DNA of 64,000 nucleotides from Podarcis melisellensis. Taxonomy: Eukaryota. The notes under the pieces are model-generated. The model did no database searches, was not told where the DNA came from, and was given only the letters and a program-made list of their open reading frames with translations. Both the position numbers and the translations under genes were made by a program. Location: NCBI GenBank assembly GCA_964234715.1, contig OZ174275.1. One strand, 5' to 3'. This document shows, piece after piece, positions 1 through 11,258 of the stretch (its first letter is position 1; each line of letters starts with the position of its first letter).

Positions 1-1427
1 TCTGTAGGCAAACTGCCAGCCAATTGAGGGGTTTCAAGGAGCTCTACCTCAGGGGAATTCATAAACTGCCATTAAACTCTATGAAATATTGTTTGCAGCA
101 AGCTATAAACCAGAGTACCTTCTTGCACAATGGACTCTGCTGTGCTTTTATATTGAATCTTGCACCTTAGCTAGACACTGACCAATGCCTTAAGCTTGCC
201 TGGAGGGGAGAGGGGGGCAGCAGATTAATGCCTCTCCCTTATCACTTTTCACCTTTTCCTCTACTCATCTTTCATCACTTCCTAACTGCCACTGAACCAA
301 GATAGCTGTAGTTGATGAACCCTTGAGGCTCTCCTGACAGAAGAATCCCAACCACCTTAAAATTATAAGCCTTGGGTTTCCCACGCGTGTAAAAAATGGA
401 TAAAAGCAGAAGCAAGGATAAATCCTGTTGGAAGTGGCTCCGTGGTTGCCCTTACATTTTCTTTTATTGGATATTGGGTTGCAACTTTCTCACTCTGCTC
501 CTGGATGCAAAGCATATTGTAATATAGAAATATGAAGTGCCTGTCATTTCCATACACTCAACTTAATTAAACTACTTGCATTCATTCCCGGGCAGGAGTG
601 AGCCTTTCAATGTGACAGGCGGCAGCAAGGGAGGGGAGGGAGAAATTACTCCTAGCTGAATGAACCCAGGAAATAAGTTACCATCTCAGAGGAAATCAAG
701 CCAGGCCTGGCCTGGCAGTAGTGGTAGTATATGTTATATTGATTATTGCTAAAGCAAGGCGAGTAAATAGGATAATTGCACTCTGATTTCAGTGGGGATT
801 GAGCATATTTGTTTTGAAAATATCACACCTGTCCTTCTTAACAGCAGGAATGCTATCCTTTTGACAGCTAAGAATAAATCTGTACAAAAAATGAAGACTG
901 CCTTTGCAGTTGTCTTTTTGAGAAAATGAAAGCAGAAGAACAAAAATGAACCCATCTTCAATATTTACAGAATGCTAATCGGAGTAGATCTATGCATAGT
1001 GTAGTAGCTAGGCTTAATATCTAAACTGCATATTTTTATTCACTGCTTCTAAAAGTTCTTTGTAATGGAAATCTTGAAGCTGTTTTCCATTGAATCTAAT
1101 TTCCTTTTGTTTTGCCTCTCACCCATTTCCCACATGCCTCCTCTACATGGTCAACTTTTGGACAATTGATCCCTTCCGATAAAAGAAACTGGTGTCTGCA
1201 TTAAGGAAAATGCTGCATGCGTAGATGGATGGTAAAACCTCTTTCAGGTGTTTACATGCATGTCCACATGTAAGCATACATTTTATTCTAGTTCATTCAG
1301 AAATGATATCACAGAGCTAGAAAAAGTACCAAAAAAGGTTAACCAATATGGTAAGAGGGGACTGGAACAAACCTGCCATGAGGAAAGGTTACAACATTTG
1401 GGGCTTTTCGTTTAGAAAAAAGCAGCA

Positions 1428-1523
1428 GTATCCAATGTTAGACCTACTGTAGTTTATGGACATGACTAACTTGGGTTCATTATTTCAGCGAGTCTACTCT
1501 GAGTAGAACTTAGTTGGAAACAC
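1428..1523. mobile_element. Short imperfect palindromic MITE-like insertion in the CR1 fragment
   Basis: GTATCCAA..CCTACT at the left end mirrors AGTAGAAC..TTGGAAAC at the right end. It interrupts CR1 sequence. Confidence 0.5.
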
Positions 1524-1721
1524 TCCAAGGTGGGTAAGGTGGGGATGTGATAGAAGTATATAGTTATTTATGGTGTGAGTGTAGACAAAGGTTTTTGGTT
1601 TTGTTTGTTTGTTTGTTTGCTCTTTCTCAAGATCATTTAATAAAGCTGAATGGTGGGGGATTCCAGCTGAATTTGTGCTATGTTATTCACTATAAGAGAT
1701 GTGGTGATGGCCACCAACTTA

Positions 1722-1991
1722 GGGCTTATCCCTTATCCACACTTCCTTTTGTCCCACTGCTTTCACTTGGGGAAAACTGCTCTTTAGCACTCAGTCAGAG
1801 CAAATGGGAATTTGGGTTTTCTCTGGATTGATGTTTGCTCCGGTTTAGCACTAAAGGGTGGGTTTTCTCTGGGAAAGTAATGAGGCAAGAAGAAAAGTGC
1901 TTAGATCCATGCTGAGAAAATGTGGGTCAAGCAGAAAGCTGCTCAGTCCGGTGCTTTCTAGGCACAAGAAAGCGGAAGTGTGGACAAGCCC
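1722..1991. mobile_element. PIF/Harbinger-type MITE
   Basis: TIRs GGGCTTATCC(CTTATCC)ACACTTCC / GGAAGTGTGGACAAGCCC. TTA flanks both ends (1719-1721, 1992-1994). The interior contains further inverted repeats. Confidence 0.8.
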
Positions 1992-4965
1992 TTAGACTGA
2001 AAACCCAGTTGAATTCATTAGGACTTAACTCTGGAGGTGGTTTAGGATGGCACTGTTGGATGGCTTTGAAAGAAAATCAGACAAAATCATGGAAGACCAT
2101 GGCTGTGTGATACTTCCATGGCCAGAAAGAACATACTTGGGGAGGAGAGCAACAATGAAGTCTGTAAGTTCTTCCTGAGCGGCTTCCCATAAACATCCTC
2201 AGTGCTCATTCTTTTCTGTTCTCATTCTCTTGCACAAGGAATTTTAACTGGTTGTTACGGAGCTACCATTTAAAACACGGTGACGTGTGAGAGAATTGCT
2301 TAAAGCTATCAGAGTTTCTAGCAAATTCTCTTTAAGTTTTTTGTACCACACATTTTAAAGAACAGACCAAAACCCAGAACAGACCTCGGGGCTTATGCTT
2401 GATCAACTACTCTCTCTAGTTCTCAAAAAGAACAAAAATAAAACTCAAGAACAAAAAGGCCCCAATGGCCATTTCTTGTGCAAGAAAAAAACCGTGTCAG
2501 TTTTTGAGATGTGAAATGGCAGGGGTGGGGAGTCCAAGGGAGCTTTTTGTTTGTTTTGAAATGTGCACTTTGTTAAAGTGGTTGTCAAAAGGGTGAATTG
2601 GGTGAAATAACTTATGCTGAAGTGCAGATCAATAAGAAATTACTGAGACAGTAAATTTAAATGGGAAAGGAAGACAGTCAAAATGCAGAGTGCCTGTAAG
2701 GAAGGAAGGGAGTTATGTAACTTCTGTTTGCCAGACACTAACAGCTGGATTTTCTGGGGCTTCTCTGAGCCGTAAGGCATTTTTTTCTGTTCTCCAACTG
2801 TGGAACTACCAGTTTCCTCCTCCTCCTCCAGCACTCATGCCCAATTCTTTTGAATTCTGACTTTGCAAGGGTGCTTGGATTAATCTACTCTCAGGAATAA
2901 ATAACTTCTTGTAATTCACTGCCCTTTTCTTTTCAGTTGCTTTGGCGGAAATTGTGTGGTACAGTTTGCTGGCTGCAGCACGGTTGTTTGTGAACAATGG
3001 AGCGGTGTCTTGAGTAATTCTGCCCAGGAAATTTGGGTTTGCCAGCAGAGCTGTGAAAACCTGGTCAGAATACACAATGTGATTTATGGTATCTTAAAGG
3101 TTCTTATATGGAGTCTATATGGATTTCACTTCCCCACAAACTCAGATGAGCTCCTATCCAGATAGTCTGTAGGGCCAAACCTGTGTCAGAGATAGAATTG
3201 TACAAGTAGGGCCTGAAAACAAAACATTGCAGTGTACAGGGCTGTTCTTAAGAAATCCAGCCCATCTCTTTTTAGGATGCTCCATCCTTTCCACTCCCCT
3301 GGTTTTCTATTCACGTCGCACAACAGAGAGCCAGCATTCTATGGCTGGTGAAGACCAAGAGACTTGCAGTGGATCTCTCCTACCCTCTGTACAACCGCAC
3401 TCTCATATACCCAGATGGATGCTGTGCTTGCCAGAGCATGCTTATTCTCCTCTCTCCCTTATGTCAGCAGAGGCTGCTGCTGTTTCTCTTCTTCACCATC
3501 ACCTGCTCCCTCAGCCTCTCCTTTTCTGGGCACAGTCGAAGTGGTGCTATGGAGGACGAACAAGAACAGCACAGCTATTACCTTGACAACAGTGTCCTTG
3601 CCCACCCACCCTCTCCTTCTGCCCCAGTGGGTTGGTTGGCTGGTGGGTGAGTGAGTGCTGCTACTTCCACAATCCCATGACCCTGGGGTGGGCAGGAGAA
3701 GGGAACAAACACCGACAACTGTTTTTACTCCTCCATATGATGCTGCATTGGGCTGAAGAGTAGCAGCACAGAAGGGGCTGGCAAGGTAGTGATGATGAAG
3801 AGGAGGAACATCTGTTGTCATCTGGTGGCAGTTTGTGTTGTGTGCACTCAGGTAAACTATACCTGATATGTCTGATAATGAAGATGCTGTTTGTTATCTG
3901 CATCTGATAATGAAGTTTCTGCGTGATGAGTTTGCCTTTCAGGAGGTTTTGGACATGGAGGGCTTCATTTCAAAGCTGTGATTGCCCCCCTCCCGATATG
4001 AATTGAGAGGTATTGTCACATGGGGGAATGTATCATGTGCATCCCTCAAGATCTGCCTGAAGTAGCTCAAAGGTAAGATGTTAAAGTTGGGGCGCAACTA
4101 AAAATTGAAGCATGTTATAGACTGGCAGATAGTGCAGTCCAGCCACTTCAGCAGAAGTGGCTTGCAACACAAGCAGGGATTTTGTAAACTTATAAGAATC
4201 CTGGCTGCTAATCTTAGTGTGTAGTTGTAAGATAAGGGCAACTGAGTTTTCGCCTTTAAAAAAATCCACCAGAGACCTAATCGAGAGCTCACATTTGAGA
4301 AGCTGCAGTGATTGACTAGCAGTGTTTCTTGTTACATCCCAGTAAGCTGTGCTGCCAGCAGGCAATCAGTGTGCTACAGTTCTGTTTCTAAGTGTTGTTC
4401 TTATCTGGACCACTTTGCAGGACCGTTAGATGTAAAATGTAGGGGTGGGTGGAGGATATTGGCAACCCCTCAGGGGGTGGGACTTTCACTTGCTGATCCT
4501 TCAGTAGTTTTAAGGGTTTTTTCCTTCCATCCTAGGCTTAGAGATTTAGTTGTACCATAGTATGGGTATTGCTGCCTGTCAGCTTGACCTTTAAAGAAGA
4601 AAATATATTGTAGCTGTGTAGCATATCTGAGCTTAGTGCCCAGGGCACCACCTAGATGCATGCTTTTCTGCTTAACCAGATCGTTCCTCACTAGAGAGGT
4701 TGATAGAAGCAGTTGCTTTATTTGCTGCCAATGAGAGAACGAGCAACCCAAAAGTTCTCTTGTAGTGCACTTTGAAAGGCACCACAGAGACAGGATGCTT
4801 CCTCTGTAGCATGGATAAGAAGCAAAATTAGTCAAAATAAAAATAATTCAACCCTAATGAGTTAAGTGCTGGCGTGCAGAGCCCAAGAAAAGAAGAATCT
4901 TAGCATCCTAGTTCTCTGGGCAACTAAACATTTGTCTGATGCCATTAAGATACAGTATTTTACCT

Positions 4966-5298
4966 CTGTGGGTTAAACCACAGAGCCTAGGACTTGCTGA
5001 TCAGAAGGTCGGTGGTTCGAATCCCCGCAACGGGGTGAGCTCCCGTTGCTCGGTCCCTGCGCCTGCCAACCTAGCAGTTCTAAAGCACGTCAAAAGTGCA
5101 AGTAGATAAATAGGTATCGCTCCGGTGGGAAGGTAAACTGCATTTCTGTGCACTGCTCTGGTTCGCCAGAAGTGGCTTAGTCATGCTGGCCACATGACCC
5201 GGAAGCTGTACGCCGGCTCCCTCGGCCAATAAAGCGAGATGAGCGCCGCAACCCCAGAGTCGGTCATGACTGGACCTAATGGTCAGGGGTCCCTTTAC
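4966..5298 (+). mobile_element. Sauria SINE (Squam1/POM-type), slightly 5'-truncated
   Basis: CTGTGGGTTAAACCACAGAGCCTAGGACTTG.., B-box GGTTCGAATCC, central AAGTGCAAGTAGATAAATAGGTA, 3' GGACCTAATGGTCAGGGGTCCCTTTAC. Highly similar to the copy at 43006. Confidence 0.95.
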
Positions 5299-5761
5299 AT
5301 ACAGAGTTGGCTCCAAAATATTTGGTGCTGGCTTGTACAAGCTTGTGCAGAAACAAACACACCACACCTCCTTTGAATCTGAGCTTGATTTCAGCCTATG
5401 CCTATGGCAGAATGCCAGAAAGTTATTTTTGCCATCCCTGGATATATTTGAGTTCCAACTGATGCGTTTAAACCCACATTGACAACTGCTGCTGATCACA
5501 CACTTAAGGGTTATGTGACTTGCATTAAGACGGGATCTTTTGCAGATCACCCAATAGCTTTCATCAAAAGAGCCACAGCCATGATAAACAAAGGTCCTTT
5601 ATCATATGTTTTGTTTTGTTTTGAGTGTCCATCTATCACCTATTACATCTATCATCTATTTTAGGCTTTCATTTATGTATGTCCAAGAGAGATGGACCAC
5701 TGCCTTGCCCCATGGCATCGTTGTTCCAAGGCACCATTACTGTACAGTTGTGGGATCTGTA

Positions 5762-5896
5762 CAATAGGTGTGGGACCTGTGGCCCCCTAGATGTTGCTGC
5801 AGCTATTGCTTTCATTATCTCTAACCATTGGCCATGCTGGCTGGGACTCATAGGAGTTGGAGCCCAGCAACCTGGGCCACAGGTTTACCCACTTTG
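5762..5896. mobile_element. Old palindromic hAT-type (URR1-like) MITE
   Basis: Contains ACCATTGGCCATGCTGGCTGGGACTCATAGGAGTTG. Ends ACCTGTGGCCC / GGGCCACAGGT are inverted. Related relics lie near 39040-39130, 51905-52040 and 57740-57850. Confidence 0.6.
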
Positions 5897-8800
5897 GAAA
5901 ATGACATTGTAAGTCACAGAATGCCATCCTTTATTTTACACAGTGGAGCAAGGAGTGTTAATGTTTTTTATGTTTATGAATTTAATTTCAGCATTAAAAC
6001 CAGCTGCCATCTTTGGATAATTATTTGAGATAATTAAATAAAATGAAGCAGCAAAGTTTTCCTCAAGGATCCATAAAATTTCCCCCTTCCTTTTGAACTC
6101 CTGTCCCTCTGTGGTACTTGTAACCATGTTTTGGTCTCCTTTTTGCAATCCCATGACTACCTCTGTTGATTTCTCATGCTGGATATTAATTATTTGGCTG
6201 TATTTGCTCCTCTGTGCAGCAGTATATTAAAACACTATATCTATATCTCTGGTGAATACTCAAGGCTTCACAATATGGAAAAATGCAAGAAGTTTTGAAA
6301 CCAATAAATCTGTGCTGCACAGGGTTATGAATGTGAGAAATCTCTTTTTAATTTCAAGTTTGTGCTGAAAGTTTAACATCCATTCCCCCCTTTAAATATT
6401 AATGTGTTGTTTGTGAAAGGTGAGAATGAGAGGAAGAAAGGGCTGTGTGCTTAGTCTTGTATTTTTCAAAATTAGCAAAATCACCACTATGTACAAAAGT
6501 ATATATCTATTTTTTAAAAAATCAGTATACAGTACAACCATTGTACTTCTTATTTTAAGTTTTTCATTCTGCAATCTTCTAGCTCTTGTGAGGGCATCTC
6601 ATAGGCTATTGCAAAAAAGAAACAGTCAGATCTCCATCTCTTTCTTCCACTGGGAAAACACCTACCAGCACCAGAGGCTCTCCAGTGTGCTCCCAAACCC
6701 ATAATAAATATCTCAGGAGCTGGGGTTCATCTATTCCTTGTATTTCCCTCCTCTTGAAACAATAGTGCTTTGTTTTTTAAAATATTGCCAAAAAGAAGAA
6801 GACAGAAACGTGCAAGAGCTGGTTTTTAACCAAGGTGGAAATCAGTGCAAAGATGCATTTGTCCCAAGATTGAAGCAAGAAGCAACTAAATATGGTTTTG
6901 CCATTTACTATTTAGGAACAATGCCAGGTAATGCAGAACAATCGGGAAAAGAGAGAGGGAAAATATATTTATAAAAGATGCAAAATATTTCCAGAGTTGG
7001 GTTTTCCAATCAGAGCTTGGTGTAGTACTTGTGCATCTGCCAAGAACAATTGGAACGGTGCTAGCTCTTACATGTCCTCGTATTCTGTGTAATAAAACTG
7101 CTTCTCTGTGTCTGTTCAGATGAAATTTATTTTGGCTGACAAAAAGGGCACTATAAACAAGAAAAGGGCATTTACCCCTTTGTGTTGCTAATAATGTAGT
7201 GTAGCAGATTTGAGTTGACAAATTTCACATTTGTCACTGTTTTCTGATTCAGAAAAAAATCAAAAATATAATGATGGAAGCAGGCACTTTTTAAAAAAGG
7301 TATCCAACAGAAGATGTAAAGCCAATTCCAAAAACTAATAAAATATCCTGAGGCATGTGTACATGTGTCAGAAGCTCCATAACAAGCCTGTGCGACTAGT
7401 AAGTCTCCACGCTTATTTCCCAAATAAAACATGTTAATAGAAGAACTCAGTCATCAAGTGAAATGACTTGGAAGTCGGTTCAGGACAGGAAAAAAATGAA
7501 ACTGCTCCTTTGCACAATCCATAATTAATGTCTGGAGTTCATTGCCGCAAGATTTGAGAATGACTTTTTCTAAAGCAGGATTATGTAGATTCATAAGCTT
7601 ATATCCAGTGTTTGTGCAAATGGAAGACAACTTATCCACCCAACTTATCCACCCTTATCTTCCTTTAGCTTTTGGCAAAGCTGCTGCAGAGGGTCTGGGG
7701 TAGAGGGAGGCTGGGGTCTATGCTGCATGGGGATAAAGTGTGGAGTTGGGGAAAATCTTGTGGAGAAATCCTGCACCAGTGGAGCTTCAATGCACACAAT
7801 ATTAATCTGCCTGATTTTGGGTGGTTAAGAACGAACCCCACACCAGAGAAGCTTTTCGGGGTGTTATGGAAAAATTAATGAAATAGCACTTCTACCAGCG
7901 AAACCTGCCCTGAAATAGTACAGAGAGCAAATGCAGAAGCCATGTGAAAGGAATGCCTTTTATCCCTGTCTTCTACTGCCCCTTAAATCAGTTTACACAT
8001 AGGAAATAGCACTGAATCAAAATGAACTGTAGAAATCCTCTGCTCAGGAAGAAGTCCAGTGCTGTTTGCTCTTGTGTTTATTAATTGCTATTGAGGTTGC
8101 TACTGAACTCCGTAGCATATTATGTGCAAGTCCTGTGATGGGCAAAAAAAGGTTGTTAGGACCTTGTGCCATGTTCACGGAAATGATGCAGCAGAGGCTA
8201 ATGTACCAAAAGACAACAGAGATAAGGAGCAATAAAGGATATTAATATTAATGAAGATAAAATGGCTGTACACAATTATTCTTGTTGCTTTGACACTTGC
8301 TAATATTTACTAGTTGCAAATTGTATAAAAGGCTTGGTGATGTATTTGTTTGAGGTTTTGATCCATCTGTTGACCTACTGCAGTAGAATCAAATAAAGGG
8401 GTAACCACCGGGTGCCTTACTGGTTATCTGTGGTCTTGCCTGTTTATTTAAAGACAACCAAAATCCTACCTAGGGTGAACTGCATTTCCATGTCAGGCAG
8501 ATTCAGGGAGAAGGAAGGGAAGGGAAATGCTGTACTGGTTTTGTAAGCTGTTTTCTGCTAAAGCCACCATTGGTAGGTGGGTTAGTCTCCCCCCCCCCAT
8601 ACTTTGCAGGGGATTTTTTAGGGGATGGGGGGAGGGAAGGAAAAGATCACCCCAAATTATTTGAACTTGACTTATTGGAGTGTTCTGTGACAAAGTGTTG
8701 TCTGCTGTTTTTACATGCACAAAGCATATTTAAAAAGGTGTTTGAATGTGTGTTTAAATCACGGTGAAGCATTTTTTACTAGGCAGTAAAGACACCACAC

Positions 8801-9571
8801 TTCGCGCTCTGGCCATGAATGAGTAGAATAAACGTTTCCTCGTTTATTGAAAAAGGGTTACCATTGGAATTAAATATTAAATGCTGCATTAATAACACAG
8901 TAAAATAACAATATGAGTAGAAGCTTAATGAGATCACAAAGAAGGGCAATTTGAGAGTCAACAGTTGCTGTGCAGCCTGTGGAGAGAGCTCAAGTAATTG
9001 GCAGTGAAGAGAAATTAGACAGATTTTACTAGTTAAATAAGACGGTGATTTTAATGAAAACAAGTATATTAAACCTTTCTTGTTTCTGGGGCAATCCACT
9101 GGAAAATTCTTTAGTAAAGAATCATTCACAGCACAGTTCTTCAGCATATATATGATAATATATTTATATAAATTAAACTTGCATATGAAGCTGAGTAATA
9201 TGAAACAGCGATGTGCTGGCTAGGGAAAGGGAGCTGGAGCCTGGGAGTGTGTGGATTGACACTATGCCATTGGTTAATGTCAGAATAATGTAGCCCACAG
9301 GTACAGAAGGGTTTCACTTCCATTCTTCAAATGAATGGTTTCACGTAAGGCAAGTATTTTGAACCTTTTCAGACCAAGGATTCACTTTTCAGAGATCCAT
9401 TTCTTACCTTTTGGTCACATATATGCATGGTGGTAGTGCTCCTGCTGCAACCCACCTTGGATCAGGCCATACCCCACTAGTGAGCCTTGACCCACCAGTT
9501 GAAGACCAGTGACCCAAGGCATTTCCAGGGGAACAGCTTCCTGCATTCCTGGTTCTGTGCTATAATCCAGT

Positions 9572-9868
9572 CAGTGGCAGAGGAAGGGGGTGTGGCATGC
9601 CTTGGGGGTCATCACTGGGGGGGGGGTTGACAAAATGAGTTTTTAAAAAAATAAAATTGGGCTCATGAAACTTTTTAGGAGTGATGTGGTGGCTTAGGTG
9701 CCTTTGGGTTCTGCGCTGCCTGAAATGGCAGCATGGGACTTGTGTCTGCCTACTGCCTCTCCCTCAGCCGCCCTACAGCTGAGGGGGAGGCGTCAGAGAG
9801 GATCACCCTGCCCCCGGCTGCAGGACACGCCCCCTCACCAGGCACCCGAGCGGCTATCTACGCAGCTG
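9572..9868. mobile_element. hAT-type MITE
   Basis: Termini CAGTGGCAGAG / CTACGCAGCTG. Perfect 8-bp TSD AATCCAGT (9564-9571, 9869-9876). Confidence 0.85.
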
Positions 9869-11116
9869 AATCCAGTGAGAGAGAGATATGTTCTGGGGAA
9901 AGGACAGGCATGTTGTCTTCTGCTGGTGGACAGCTGGAATACTAGTGCATGGCCTTCACAGCCTGCTCACCTGTACTGACTGCTGCACACTAGCCATTTT
10001 GGACTCACAGAAGACCTGCAAGAATTCTAGCAGAACAGCTGCCTGTTTGTATAGGGGAGATAATAACTCAGTAGTGCAGAAAACGTGGTCCTGGGTTCAA
10101 TCCCAGTTAAAAGGAATAGGTGATGGCAAAGCTCCCAGAGAACGGCTGTGGGTCAGAGTATACCCACTGGAGAATGTGCCATTGGTGAAGGTTTTGAGAA
10201 CAGTTCGTTTAGGCTGGAAAGATGGGCAGATTTTCATTTGATGGTTTCTTTAAAAATAAGCATAAGATTATTTTGTTGCTGTCACTGACAAGATCAGTTC
10301 AATTTACCTTTCATATCAGTCAGCAGGAGGAGACAGATTTAAGATTGGTGTGCGCACACCCCCCTTTTGCAGCCTCTTAGAACTTTCCTCCAGATCTGTA
10401 TCCCCTTCTAACCTCAGAGGAGCAATTACTTTGTTGACTGCTGCGGTCTCATGCCCAAAGAGATAGCGGGAGGTCAGCTTGTCTTCATTCTGGTTTGCTT
10501 TCAATCTGTACTGTGTGGGTGGCAAGCTGAGCTTGGCAGTCAGTGTCTTTTCTGAAGGTGCTTTGAATTCCCAAGCAGTAATGGTTGTCTCTGATCACTA
10601 TTCTCTCACTCGGCTATCGCAACAGGATTCCCTGAATGCAGATAGGGAGGCAGGCGTGCTGGAAGCAGAGAGGAGAAAATGTTGGCAGCGTTCTTGTGCC
10701 AGCACTTCTATATGCTATCAGTCTCTCACCTTGGGATTAGTCAGTGATTTCAAAGCTCCATTCCTGTTCTGCACTAAGTCATGCATTTTAGTGATATTTG
10801 GGGGAAAACGCCTCCACCATAAATGATAAGCTAGACAAAAGGACTAGTTTATAACATAGCCAATTAGTAAACAAACTTCAGTGGCTTTTGAGCCCTGTGC
10901 TTGATGCAGGTAATGAATATGAGTTCAGCAATAACTTGAAAAGGTGGTTTGTATGTGCCATATATAGCTACATAATATGCAACAGATGTCTTTCTGTCAG
11001 CTTGGTAAAACAATTTATCAGGCCAAGTATATTCCTAGGTGAGACAACAGGCCAGAGATTTGCCTTGCTTGCTGGTACACACTCTTAGCAATATGGGTAT
11101 AAATACAAAACTGCTA

Positions 11117-11258
11117 GGAAGACAGGAAGTTGCCTTTGTTCCAACTAGACCCTTGGTCCATCTAGCTGAGAATTATCTACATACTACAGGATTTCAGACC
11201 TTTCCCTTCTGTGTCTCTCTACTCAAAAAATACATACTCTGTTACTGAACCACAGGCT
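11117..11258 (-). mobile_element. Degraded tRNA-derived SINE with CR1-like tail (Squam3-like)
   Basis: AGGAAGTTGCCTT..AGACCCTTGGTCCATCTAGCT is the reverse complement of the tail seen at 49980-50070. Confidence 0.55.

Larger units (their letters stand above)
1311..2104 (+). mobile_element. Degraded CR1 LINE 3' fragment interrupted by nested insertions
   Basis: Typical CR1 ORF2 3' motifs: GAGCTAGAAAAAGTACC.., ATGAGGAAAGGTTACAACATTTGGGGCTTTT, GTGGTGATGGCCACCAAC..TTGGATGGCTTTGAAAGA..AGACAAAATCATGGAAGA. Boundaries approximate. Confidence 0.75.

Noticed and set aside
5005-5035. tRNA-like B-box GGTTCGAATCC
   Set aside because: Part of the SINE's tRNA-derived head. There is no complete cloverleaf.
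5080-5550. 156-aa minus-strand ORF
   Set aside because: Largely an antisense translation of the Sauria SINE.
7629-7660. 13-bp tandem duplication CAACTTATCCACC
   Set aside because: Ordinary slippage duplication with no further structure.
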